Positions 28,491 through 45,480 of a stretch of DNA of 64,000 bases are shown here, one piece after another; the stretch's first letter is position 1, and every line of letters begins with the position of its first letter. The notes below the pieces were generated by a model. It was not told the DNA's origin. It was given only the letters and a program-made list of their open reading frames with translations, and made no database searches. A program made the translations under genes and the position numbers. The stretch is from the human T2T-CHM13v2.0 reference genome, Homo sapiens. The stretch is taken from NCBI RefSeq assembly GCF_009914755.1, contig NC_060934.1. One strand, given 5' to 3'.

Positions 28491-28865
28491 GTTACCAAGT
28501 AAATATTAACCCTTTTGCAAGAATTCATTAAAACTAGGAGCACCAGAAGTCGCATATAATGCCTCTTGCCCACAATTCTTAATAGTTCTCTTTCTTTCTC
28601 AGAAGTGTTCTGGATTGGACAATACATGGCATGCTCACTCTAATTGTCATAACAGAGTACGGGTGGATGATCATGGTGGGAAGGAGTAGGAAGAAGTAGG
28701 GCCTGGGAAAGTGTGAGTTTTCCCAAGGAAAAGCTCCACTGTGGTTACTCAGAAATTCAGTGGAGAAGGGGAGCGGGAGCGTGGCTGCACCTCTGGCCTA
28801 CTCTGGCTTTAGGCATCAGTTTTGTGACTTTGGATATACTAATTAGTCTCTTTGAAGGTCACTTT

Positions 28866-29087
28866 CCCAGCCTGGGCAACATGGTGAAACCCCATCTCCA
28901 CAAAAAATACAAAAATTAGCCAGGCATGGTGGCATATACCTTTACTCCCAGCTTCTCAGGAGGCTGAGGTGGGAGGATCAATTGAGCCTGGGAGGTTGAG
29001 GCTGCAGTAAGCAGTGATCGCACCACTGCACTCCAGACTGGGTGACAGAGTCAGACCCTGTCTCAAAAAATAAAAATAAAAAAAAAC
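28866..29087 (+). mobile_element. AluJ, 5'-truncated, within a MIR
   Basis: Begins ccagcctgggcaacatgg; MIR-like flanks (ctgcaaaatggagatcattata). Confidence 0.88.
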
Positions 29088-29370
29088 TTTCTTCACCTGC
29101 AAAATGGAGATCATTATAACTCATGTTGCTGATGGTTGTGAGAATGAATCATAAGAATGCAAAGAATATGTATATTGATGATAAGAGATGTCACGAGAAA
29201 GAGCAGCTGGGATTATGCTGGACCATGCTACTTAAAATCACCTCTGATGCCAATCTAGATTTCTTAGTCTGGCCTTCAGGAACATCTATAGTCAGTCTCA
29301 ATCTAAATTTCCGACCCTGTTCTCCACCACTTTCATAGGTAGAGCCTCTACCCAGTGAATGCATCTTGCA

Positions 29371-29769
<399 letters not shown>

Positions 29770-29974
29770 TAAGCCAAGATAAAAAGTAAGTCTTATCAGC
29801 AAAAGTGATGTGAAATAAAGAGATCATTGGAAATACTATCACCTTGTCTAAAATACATTTGTGTTTATGTTACTAAAACTAACAGAACCTATTACAGCAA
29901 TGACAACGTATTTCAAAACTCTAGGTGTTTGTTATGCCTTTTGGCAATTAACACCTTTAAAAAATGCAATCTGA

Positions 29975-30318
<344 letters not shown>

Positions 30319-30687
30319 CTAGTGTCAGTTCCCAAGAAAATGAGTGAGGAAAGAACGCTATTTTAACTTGCATGTTACCCAAAAGTGAAAGTGAGATGGA
30401 GACTCTCAAGGTAGAGAGAAAACCACCACTCCTTTTCAAAAAGGGGACTCGTGTTCGGAAGTGCAAACGTAGCAGTGTTCCTGGCACCACAGAAGTTTGG
30501 TGATTTTAATCCTGACACCATTTGCTGTTTCTGAACTTTTACATTTATCGTTGTTATTAACTTCCCAAGTCAAACCAGGGGAGTGACGTGAGCTGACTTT
30601 GCGCTCTCTGATAGCACGAAGGAAAGCCCCAACAGGTGAATGACATGGTTCTGGCATCTTTTCTGCCTTGATAAACAAGCTCCACAG

Positions 30688-30960
30688 TAATCCCAGCACT
30701 TTAGGAGGCTGAGGTGGGAAGATTGCTTGAGGCCAGGAGTTTGAAACCAGCCTGGGCCACATAGCAAGACCCCGCTCTACAAAAAAACACAAAAATTAGC
30801 GGGACATGGTGGCACATGCCTGCAGTCCCAGCTACTCAGGAGGCTGAGGTGGGAGGATCATTTGAGCCCAGGAGTTTGAGGCTGCAGTGAGGTATGATTA
30901 TGACACTGCACTCCAGCCTGGGTAACAGAGCGAGATCCTGTCGCAAAAACAAACGAAACA
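30688..30960 (+). mobile_element. AluJ, 5'-truncated
   Basis: Begins gtaatcccagcac; TSD aaacaagct. Confidence 0.92.
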
Positions 30961-30983
30961 AGCTGTTCAGGTAAATCCACTAA

Positions 30984-31295
<312 letters not shown>

Positions 31296-31724
31296 GCCTG
31301 TTTCTAATACATAGGAAGGAGATGAATATGTCACACTTCCTGGAACCCAAGAAAATAACCCAAATTATGCATTCTATAAAAGTAAACATAGCCTTAAGAA
31401 AGACTAGGAGGAAAAGTCTTACCAAGCAGAATGAAGAAATAGCATAGTAATTGATTTATCAAAATTGCCCACATCAGGCCTCCCAACTTGACGTAAAGAA
31501 ATCAAAATGAAATCACTCATTTAGCAGTCAAAGTTGTAGAACAGACTTTGAGATATTGTCCCAGTGATGCCCAGAACCTGAATAGCAGCAGTCCAGGGAA
31601 GTTTGATGGGGTCAGGGGTGGGTCGGGGGGCGCTTTGTTGCTGTAGCAGTCTTCCAAGCTGCTTGCAGATCTGCAGCATAGCAGCAGCAGAAGCGATAGC
31701 GCCTGTATTTAAATGTGAATGACA

Positions 31725-32225
31725 TTATACAAAATATACTTGCATGCACGTTTATAGCAGCAGAATTCGCAATTGCAAAAATGTGGAACCAACCCAAATA
31801 CCCATCAATAAACGAGTGGATAGAGAAACTGTGCGATATGTACGCAATGGAATACTACTCAGACATAAAAAGGAATGAATTAATGGCATTTACAGCAACC
31901 TGGATGGGATTGGATACTGTTATCCTAAGGGAAGTAACTCAGGGATGGGAAACCAAACATTATATTCATATGTTCTCAACCCTAAGTGGCAGCTAAGCTA
32001 TGAGGATGCAAAGGCATAAGAATGGCATAATGGACTTTGAGGACTCAGGGGGAAAGGGTGGGAAGGGGGTGAGGGATAAAAGACTACAAGTTGGGTTCAG
32101 TGTATACTGCTCAGGTGATGCGTGCACCAAAATCTCACACATCACCACTAAAGAAACTTACTCATGTAACCGAACACCACCTGTTCCCTAAAACCTATGG
32201 AAATAAAAAATAAAAAATAAAACTA
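31725..32225 (+). mobile_element. L1PB1-like 3' fragment
   Basis: ORF2 tail (FIAAEFAIAKMWNQPKYPS) plus 3'UTR gctaagctatgaggatgcaaaggcataag; TSD aaatg(tg/ca)aatgaca. Confidence 0.93.
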
Positions 32226-32508
32226 AAATGCAAATGACAGGTGTGCAGTAGACTTTTCTAGACTTGCAGGCATATTGCAGCTTTGTGTAATCTGTGCTGA
32301 ACAGAGATCGCATCTCTCTTCATAAAGCTCTTTTATAGTTTCACACCTGTAATCAGCTGTCCTTTAAACTCTGAAGCTTCACGGGGGTCTCCTTAGACTC
32401 GTTAGTCTCATGGTGGCACTCACAGTGGAGGATGTCCTTGTTGGCTACTGGTGTCACCTTTGGAGTTGAAGGAATAGACAGTTTATTCTTGTTTTTGCTT
32501 TTCTCTCA

Positions 32509-32877
<369 letters not shown>

Positions 32878-33294
32878 GGGAGAAAAAAGAAACACAATCC
32901 AGGGCCACGTGTCTCAGATGTCACTTACTTCTCTTCATAAGAGCCAGTACTGAATTCTTAGAAGCTGTGCAACCCGTATGAAGGCAACCCATATGAAGGT
33001 TTTCATTTTCTGCTACTTTTTCAGTTATCCTGGAAAAAATACTGAGAGGCAACACCTGTTAAGGCAGGCTGTCCTTGGGGGTGCGTGTCCAGCGCTGCCC
33101 TTGACTAGTTGTGGCACTAGTTACTTATCTTCATGAAGTCTGTTTTCCAGTCCGTTCAGTGGGGGAGCGTTAAACCTGTCCTACCCACCTCAGACAATGA
33201 ATTGCAAAGAAAATGATGTCTGTGTAAGAGTTTTGACATTATGCAACATTATATGAGATTAAAATTTATTCAAGATCTAGAAAAACCGCCAGTG

Positions 33295-33623
<329 letters not shown>

Positions 33624-33927
33624 TAGAATTGCAAGTCATGGTGGCAGTGGACAAGTTTATTTCTCAATACACAATGGGCAAGTATATTATCTCAAATGAG
33701 GAAATGAACTATGTTTATACCACCTAAGAGTTGTGGAGCTTAAAAAAAGTATTCAGCACATTTAAGAAAGGTATTAAATACATTTTGTTTCAAATATTGC
33801 ATTGAAAACATTGTTTGTTTCCCCAAATTTCCAGGTGAAGGATAAGCCTGTGCTCTTTTTCACTCCATTTTTTTTTTCCCAATGTAACCTAAACCTGTTA
33901 ATATCTATATTCAGCAAAGCTGCCCTG

Positions 33928-33940
33928 GTTGCCTGGCAAC
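33928..33940. promoter_or_regulatory. RFX X-box motif
   Basis: GTTGCCTGGCAAC inside a 21-bp palindrome (33924-33944). Confidence 0.55.
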
Positions 33941-35017
33941 CAGGCTTCGTGGGCTAGGGAAACACCAAGGCAAGGAACCAAAGGCAGCGAACACAACCTT
34001 GACTTTGCCTGCCGCTGCACAGGCGATCATCCTCTCTGTATTCTGTATAAAGCTCTATTTCCAAAACATAAGTAAATCTTGCAAGAATGTTAGCTCGATG
34101 CTATTAGGAGTTTAAAACTTACGGTTTGTGGGATAACATTTCAACATAATTAAATAAGCATGAAGAAATCTCTCTCTCTGCTCTTCCTTAATTAAAACAG
34201 GGGCGGTCCCTTTCCTCACAGGTCATGCTGTACATTTCAATCCCACTTTTTATTTCCTCTGCAGAAAGATGTGTGCATTATTCTTGGAATAAGATGTAAT
34301 GGAAATTGAAATGTCAACTTTGAGAAATAGAAGTTTAGGACTCATTACTGCCAAACATATATTTTTGTGTCTTATACAAGGAAGTAAAAAGAAGAATGAA
34401 TGAAAATGATTTTTCTTATTCCAATTCTTCCATGTTTCCACCTTTATCTCATTCCCTTTCTTATATTCTCCCCTGTGGGAACTTCATCACTTTAAAAATT
34501 AAGAACAAGGAAAGCCTTTGGGTTACAGGAAATAAATGTCGTCTACTTCATGGACAGTAAATGCTATGAGGCTGAGACAGAATTTGGAATTTAAAGCTTA
34601 CATTATCTATTGTTTTATTATGTCACTTGTTTCATAAGGCAGCTTTTATTGGTTAAGTTCAATATTCAGAGGAAAAGTAAACTGAAGGACCCTGAAGCAG
34701 ATCCTTTTTGAAATAAGATTGGAGAATAATATAAGGTAAAACATGTAACTGGGGCTGTTGAAGTGGAGATTTGGCTAAGTATGACAAAAATGAGAACAGA
34801 ATACAGAGAAAATTAACTCAATAATATCTCAGCACAAATCCTCGAAATCTGCAATGAACGTATCTTTTGATTCCTAAGTCATGAAAGAAGACAGTCTTTC
34901 ATTATTACTTTGCCATGTAATAGCCATTTATATCAATTTCACATTCTACTTTCTTCTATCCTTATTCCATAGCTGGTGTGAGTTAGTTTTCAAGACAAAC
35001 TGGAAGTCCCAATTTTA

Positions 35018-35347
<330 letters not shown>

Positions 35348-36532
35348 TCAAGGAGGTCAGACAAGAAACAGGGTCCTGCTTCACACTTTGATAAGTAAGG
35401 GTGCAGAACATTTCAGGAGGAAGAGAAGAGACAGCCAGGGGGCCAAAACAGAATTCAGCAAGCAGGCATTTAATTGTGATCTTGGGAGAGGAGTTTCAAG
35501 AGGATGGTGGAAGTCAGGCACAGATGCAGTGAGTTATAAGGAGCGTGTGGGTGATGAAAGTAGAAACAAGCAAATATAGCCTCCTTCTAGAAGGAGGAAG
35601 TATGGCCACAATCACTTGAGGAGAAGTGAGTTGAGGGAACGTGTAGGTATATTTGTAGACACAGAACAAATTTCTGGAGAAAGTAGAAGATAGGACAAAT
35701 ACAGAGGTCTAGGGTTTGAAAGAATTAAGAATTAGAGGGTAGCGGAACACATAGATAAATATGTAAAGGGTTTCCTGTGGTTAATGACAAAAGATTTTGA
35801 GTAGATTCCATAATGGTTCCCATCAGCCTTGTTGCAGTAGAAATGAGGTCCTTGGAAAATGAAGAAGGCAATGTGAGAGAGGCAGAAGAAGGAGAAAGAA
35901 GAGTCTATTGTAAAATAATCATAAGCATTACGGTGGGGTCAGGGTGAAACTGGATAAAGTGTTATGTATGGACATTCTCCAGCAATTTGCAGTAACCCCA
36001 GAGAAAATGTCTAACATGCTTTTCAGGGTTAGTAGCTAGGAGCCAAAGATAGTTAAGGAGTGAGGGCTTCTTTGTTGCCAAAGACTGAGCTGTTGAAGTT
36101 CTAGTCCTTGGGAAGTCAGCCAGGGAGAAAAGCAGGTGATTCCGGGAGGTTAATGGACTGAAGACACTGCAGAGGGTTAGAGATCATGGGAAAAGCTAAG
36201 TGTAGGTTTATTTTAAAAGAAGCAGCAGATAGGGTGAAAATATAAAAGGTTGTGATCTGAGAAAAGTGTCTAGATTTGAGGTCCTTGGGTTAAAATAATA
36301 TGGGTTAAAGGCAAGAGGCGGTAAGGATGATGTCTGTCAGTTCCTGGTTAGGAAGTGAAAGTTCCTCTAGAAGAGGAAAGACAAGGTCCAAGGGTAAAGG
36401 CAGGATTTTGTATTTCACATCCTGATTATGGCAGAGAAAATGGTGGAGAAAAAAAAAATAAGCTAGGTGAAATCGTGTTTAAAAAACCAGAGGAATACCT
36501 CAAAAGTTGGTAAATAAATGCCATTCTTTTAG

Positions 36533-37005
<473 letters not shown>

Positions 37006-37330
37006 AAAAGACAGAACCAAGGATGGGAAAGTGAACATATAATTTGATGCCACAGACTTAAAAAGATGTGAGGTCACTGAATAAAATAAATAGGAAATGT
37101 TCTGGCAATGGAACAAAGGAGCTTATCTCTTAATAAAAATAGAAAAACATAAAAATGTTCAAATCAATGATAATGAAAGAAATATAATTAATTCAAACAT
37201 TTGCTTACCCTGCAGAAGGCAAGAAAGAAGAAGGTGCTTTCATTTTTCTGCGAGTAGCATGTGTGTATTACACTGCTTCAGTCAGAGAAATTAAAAGGTA
37301 GGATAACTTAAGTCTAAAATAATATATGCC

Positions 37331-37659
<329 letters not shown>

Positions 37660-37669
37660 TTTACCAACA

Positions 37670-37878
37670 TTTTCTTTTTAAAAATGTTCACGTTCAGGGG
37701 TACATGTGCAGGTTTGCTGTATAGGGAAGGATTGCTATCACAGGGATTAGATGTACAGATTATTTCCGTCATCCACGTAATAAGCATAGTGCCCTCTAGG
37801 CGATTTTTCAATCCTCACTCTCCTCCCGCCCTCCGCTCTCCAGGGGACCCTGGTGTCTGTGTTCCCATTGTAGTGTCC
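37670..37878 (-). mobile_element. L1PA13-16-like 3' end
   Basis: ggggtacatgtgcaggtttg...gtacagattattt...taataagcatagtgccc. Confidence 0.8.
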
Positions 37879-38725
37879 TACAGCAAAATTTTCTATTCTT
37901 CACATTTCTTGAAAGATCATTGTAAAATGGCAAGTATATTTTAAAATGGCAATGCTGTAAAAGCACTCACAGTGATTTCTTGGGTTACCACTCAGCTTCC
38001 CCACAAGGTCACTTTCATGAGATCTGGCTCTTGGGGTCAGAATGAATTGTAGGTTGGATACGCATCAGCCTGCCAAAAACAACCCCAAGTGTGCCAAGTA
38101 TGGGAGCCAGCAACGTTACAGAAGGCATACGGTATGCCTGACACCTTTGGCTCTTGGCAAAATGAGCCAAGGGTATGACTTGACAACTTTTTTGGGTGAA
38201 CAAGTTGTCCCTTTTGTATCAAATGTCATCAGCTCACTGATGTGTATTTGCTGATGTCAGCCAGAAAATGAAGCACTTGCAAAAAATGCAATTTTAAAGC
38301 AGTCATATTTGAATACTAACTTCCACTGATTCTCATTTGGGTTTGGAAGCAATGCACAATTGCCCTTAAAATAGAAAAAAAAAACTTATTCCTCGGAAGT
38401 GATGCTGTCCTTCTCCCCTCGTCGTTACCAATTTTTTCACTAAAATGAATATTGTCAACAATGAAGTAAAAGTGAAGCTGTCATTTGATATGTTTCTGAA
38501 ATTTTAAAATATTGAATGGTTATTTTCAGACTAAATATGTTATCTTATTTTTTATATGTTTAAAGGTAGCAGGAAAAGTGACTCTTGTATTTATGACGGG
38601 AGAAAGAGGGGACAATTCAGAAACAGAGAGGGAGACCAATAGAGTCAAAAATGTCTCCAACAGTTACATAAGCACCAGACTGCCAAGAATTTTTACACTG
38701 AAGCCGGAGCTTGACTGGGAAGTAG

Positions 38726-39122
<397 letters not shown>

Positions 39123-39673
39123 CAGAAAATGTGGGTTTTATTTGATCTGGTGTATTTCTGTTTGTTTCAGAATAGATGTCCGGATAAACAGTCACCTGAG
39201 AATGAGGAAGGTGTGTGTTTTCAAACCTGCACATAATAAAAAGACTATTGATAAGATTATTAGAATGGAGATAGAAAACTAATTTTAAAATTAACATTAT
39301 TTTGCCATTTAGAAATGAATAAAGTTATTTCTGATACCAGTTATTTGAAGAAATATCATCAGAGGACTTAATTTATATATCCAACTAAAAATGATGGCAG
39401 TGCTGCTGTTTCTAAGCTGTGTGTAAATACTCAGTTACAGTTTCTTAATTTGGTCTCAAATAGATTTTTTTTTTCAACTTGCGTGCTACAGGTTTATTTT
39501 TCTGTTGTATTTTCAGCAATGTTTTAAAACTCATTCTTTGAAATTCTAAAATTTGTCAATTAAGATTGGGTTTTGTAGTTCTTAACATCTTTTATCCTCT
39601 CTAAAATTAAGTCTACTTTGATGGTAATAATTAGGTTTACTGTGTTGATAAACTAAGGAAAGCATACAATTTA

Positions 39674-40028
<355 letters not shown>

Positions 40029-40035
40029 CCCACCC

Positions 40036-40247
40036 ACTGGGTTCGAGCAATTCTCCTGCCTCAGCCTCCCTAGTAGCTGGGATTACAGGCATGCGCCACC
40101 ATGCCTGGCTAATTTTTTTTGTATTTTTAGTATAGATGGGGTTTCACCACATTGGCCAGGGTGGTCTCGAACTCCTGACCTCAAGTCATCCACCCACCTT
40201 GTCCTCCCAAAGTGCTGGTATTACAGACCTGAGCCACTGTGCCCGGA
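40036..40247 (-). mobile_element. AluS lacking its 3' end and tail
   Basis: Begins ctgggttcgagcaattctcc, with no T-tail. Confidence 0.9.
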
Positions 40248-40749
40248 CTGTTTTCTTTCATTTTCTGTTTTGGTTTACAAACCTCCACTTTAGTCTTCAA
40301 ATACATTCATTTTATTAATTATGCTGACCATTGAATTTTTTTATGCTGGCAAGTATATTTTAATTTCCAAGGACATTTCATTGCCTCATCAGTACTTTTT
40401 CATAGCTTTTTGTTCTTGTTTTATAAATGCAATAATCTCTTGACTCTCTCTGAAGATACCAATTTGGATTTTCTGCTTGTTTAAGTTTGCTTAAGTTCCT
40501 TGTATTTTTGTTTCCCTGAAATTGGTTTATCTGCTTATTTTGGACCTTTTAGGCTCTTCTTTCTTTTTATTTTCCAAATATCTGCTTTTACTTATTTGTC
40601 CATCCATATTTGTGAATGATTGACTACTTTGGTTCATTATAGGCAGGTGGCATGGGTTCCTCTGGAATCTTTTAGTCTTGTTTTCTTAGTAGTCTTCTCG
40701 TCTCTAAATGAGAGGGCAGCTGCGGCTCCATGTAGATAGGTAGGAGTAT

Positions 40750-41176
40750 AGACAAACCTTGAGCAATGTGGCGGTTAGGGGCGTTGACCCATTGCACAGT
40801 TGGAAATCCATATACAACTTTTGACTCCCCAAAGCCTTACTACTAATAGCCTACTGTTGACCAGAAGCTTTACCAAGAACATCAACAGTCAGTTAACACA
40901 TGTGTTGTGTTGTATGTACTATGTACTGTATTCTTACAAAAAAGTAAACTAGAGAAAAGATGTTAAAAAAATTATAAGTAAAAAAATATATACTTACTAT
41001 TCATGAAGAAGAAGTAGATCATCATAAAGTTCTTCATCCTCATCGTCTTCCCACTGAGTGGGCTAAGGAAGAGGAGGGGTTGGTCTTGCTGTCTTGGGTG
41101 GCAGAAGATGAAGGAAATCTTCATACATAAGTGGACCCACATGGTTCAAATCTGTGTTGTTCAAGGGTCAACGGTA
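40750..41176. mobile_element. Tigger2a (TcMar-Tigger)
   Basis: ggttaggggcgttgaccc...ctaatagcctactgttgacc...gttgttcaagggtcaacggta terminal repeat. Confidence 0.88.
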
Positions 41177-42628
41177 GATGGCACTTAGACTTCCCTATAA
41201 GGTGTGTAGTCAGGGAACCGCCTGGTAGGGACCCCTACAGTCACCTGACTTAGGAAGTGTGTTACTCTTGGGGATGGAGCACTTCATTTCTTTTACTCCT
41301 GGGCAGAGCTGACTTTTCTTCTCCAATGATAGTCCCCTTCTGTACTTCTGGGTATGTCAGTATTTACTTTAAACTACTCTATTCCTCTTTCAATCCCACA
41401 CCTTTTGAAATGCATTTATATATTTGATGCTTCTTATCTTTTTTAAGCCTGTAAGTTGTCTGACTAACAGAAATTTCCCAAGTAGGTAAATCTTAGGAAA
41501 CAAATTAAAATGATAAATATGGTGAAATTTAAGACCTTCTAAATGATTAATAAAGTATATAAAATTCATAAGTTTGCAACTTAAAATCTCAAATCTAAAC
41601 CAACTACTCAGTCACACATTTTAAATTGGAATTAAATGACTGATCTGTTTCTATTGAGCCGAACTCTCTTAAACACTAAAAATATGTAAAATGTGAAATA
41701 TGCACAAGCTCCTTTACATAAAAAAATATTATTTATATTTGTTTAGTCATTGAAATAGCTCTGCTTTTAATTATAAATTTTTCTGGACTTGCCCACAAAG
41801 GAATAATTTATATCATCCTAGCTCAGCCAGTTAAGATTATATAACAGCCAGAAATATTGGCCCAGATGCTGAATAAATCCTTGTCGATGACTATAAGGAG
41901 ATACACAGAGCTCTGTTAAGGTCACTGTATCAGTGTCCTTTAAGTGTGTGTGTTTGAAGGTGTGGGGTGGCAGGATGCAGGGAGGAAGAGCTGTGATAGC
42001 CCAGGTCATTCAGATCCCTAATCTGCTCTTTTCTGTCTTCATACACTGAATTAGATTTGGCCTTTCTTTAGCTTTTAAGATTTATGTGTGCCTTTTCCAT
42101 CTAACTCTAAATACCTTTGATAAGTCCTGTCTCCTTTGCCTGTATTTTTTAACACTTAGGACTACAGAACTCTTGGGGGCGGGGGCATTCAAATGGCATC
42201 CAGAGTTTTAGTGCGTTCTCCTGACATTGACTTTTTTAGCCACATTTCAAGGTCATGCTACTGACGATTACGGACCAAGAGAAGAGCAAGTGACTGCTGA
42301 CCTCTAGAGGATACTCAATGCAATAAATGATTGTTTTTCTGTGCTAATAATAGCACTGACATCACATGGTTGTAATAAATTTGAACAGGATGATTGAAGC
42401 AAATGTACAGCGCCTAGCATGCACTAAGAATTTGGTGACTGTGATCATTTTTTATAGTTGCATTTAGATAAAGAACTGTCCCTAAAAATTATTCATCGTT
42501 AGATGAGAAAGAAACCTTTAAGCAGATATTTAGATAAGGGGTGTTTTCTTTTATATCTCCAGTATATTCCCACTAGCACTGAGCAATATTTTATGAATCT
42601 AGTATCGCAAAAACAGTTTAGATTTATA

Positions 42629-42842
42629 GCAGGTTCTCAGCCTCAGCACCGTGGCCATTTGGGGCTGGATATCTCGTTGCCGTGGAGCCGTCGCGTGCAT
42701 GGTAGGATGGTTAGCAGCGTCCCTGGCCCCTACGTACTAGACGCCAGAAACACTCCTCTCCAACTGTGACAACCAAAAATGTCTCCAGAACCTGCCAGAT
42801 GTCTCCTGGGAAAGGCAAAATTACCACCATTTTATAACCATG
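42629..42842. mobile_element. MER20 (hAT-Charlie)
   Basis: ttctcagcctcagcacc...tgtgacaaccaaaaatgtctccaga...ggcaaaattacc. Confidence 0.9.
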
Positions 42843-44400
42843 CCAATTGCTGTATATTTTTTTAAATCTGTTTTCCTATTTGCTTCTCTGAACTCAGTTC
42901 CTATCTTTGGAGCTTTCTATCTTTTGACCTAAAAGTGGCATGGAATATCTCAACACTTCCTTTTCCTCCCCAGCTCGGGGTCTAAAGAGGAGAATGTAAT
43001 TAAGATTAAATCCAAAGCTTTATTTAAATAAATAATCAATCTATTAAGGGGAAAATATGCTCCACTAAAGCCATAAAGCCATCGGCTATCACTCCTTCTT
43101 GTGAGCCTGACTTGCTTTTTCGGTTTGTCGCTGGTTAAGAGAATTGCAGATGTATTCCATTGAGGAAAGCGGTATGTTCCCACACTAGCGAAAAACATTG
43201 TATTCTTCTAGTTAATCATTTTCAAAGAGCTGTTTCTATTTCTGGTTACTACAAAAATAATGGCCTGCAGGTCATCTATTTATGATCAAGTAAATTCCGC
43301 TTCATTGAAATGTTGTAGACTTTAGAAGAAAGAAAGAAAACACACTAAAGGCTTCTGGACAGTCAAATATTTTAACTTGGAGTGTGAAACACTAAATTAA
43401 TCACACAGTAACTTCAGGCTGTTATTAGCCTTTTATGGTCAATGAATATTGATTGTTGAGTGAATCAATGATTGGACACACGTTATACATGGATTTTATC
43501 ACTTGGAAACTCTATAATTATCATACTAAATTCCCGATATTGTGGTTAATAGCTTTCTAGAAAAAAGAGTTGTTATAAAACCATAATGTATTACTGTTAA
43601 AAGTTGGGATTCGGGGAAAAGTAAGAGCTGTATAATTAATCCACCTATCAAAAAATGATCCTAATTAATATTTTTATTGTTAGTGAATTTGAATGTTAGT
43701 TGAATTGTTCATTTTGGATAAGGAGATTACAAAGATGTTTGACTCTGTTCACAACATGGGGAAAATGATTGGGCTATCTGAGACTGAGTTATCAATAGAG
43801 TATACTTTTTGTTTGTTACATCAGTAAATATCAGGGTTTTTTTTTTCTGTTTTTCCTCCTTCTTCAAGTCTGAAAAATTATTTGCCTAGAAGGGGAAACA
43901 TATTCAGACAATTGAAATTCCACAGTTCATCTTCCCACATTTGTGAGAAAAAAAAAACGTGAGCCACCATAAAGTAACTAAAACAGCTAAATCAGTCTAT
44001 TACTGTTGCCCTCAGTTACCATTCAAAAACTGTCTGCCATACAGCAAAACATTTTTTCATACACATGAACCCTACAGTACCCACTGTAACAAATACAGCA
44101 AAAATATTACAGAATAAAAACGTCTCCAAGGTCCAATAAAAGATGTTTGTTTGATACAGTAGCAATACCAGTGCACCTGAAGAGTATTACTTCATCCTGA
44201 AAACCTCTTAAAATCTGCACCAAAAGATTAAAAAACACTTACACTAAAAACTTACTAACTCAGAAAAACTCATGGGAAGGACAATTGGAATTCTAGTGGT
44301 GTTTCATTTCTTTTTTTAAAAAATACTTGCCCTTAGAAATTCACATACTAACTCTAACCTAGTAAGTTAGATAGACATGTACAAAGTACTTTCTAATTCA

Positions 44401-45080
<680 letters not shown>

Positions 45081-45089
45081 ACTAAAAAG

Positions 45090-45480
45090 AGTGGTGTGTT
45101 GGTAAATGTTTAATATTCCACTATCCAAAAAATAAAGAAGAAAATAAGTTCTGATGTGTAGCGCTTTCCAATTTCCATGGTATAAATACTCCCACCATGG
45201 ACAACTTCAAGCTACAACATCGCCTCACTGAATGCAGAGCTGAAAGTCATGCTGCTGACACCATTCTGCAGTTTCCATCATAGACGTAATGAACTTCGGA
45301 GTACAGACAGTAGCAAAATCATTAGGAAGTTATGAGTTTTGAGTATTGTCTTTGTTTTTAGCATAATTTATTTAGTCACAGGTTTTAGTAACTTCTAGTA
45401 ATGGCTGTATTTGACAACTGACTCTCCAAATTCCCAAAATTTTAACAGTCAGGCAGGCCAGCTCCAGGAGCACACCTCTG
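45090..45480. mobile_element. MER63-like hAT-Blackjack element
   Basis: Starts agtggtgtgttggtaaatgtttaa; contains ggtataaatactcccaccatgg; ends ccagctccaggagcacacctctg. Confidence 0.8.
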
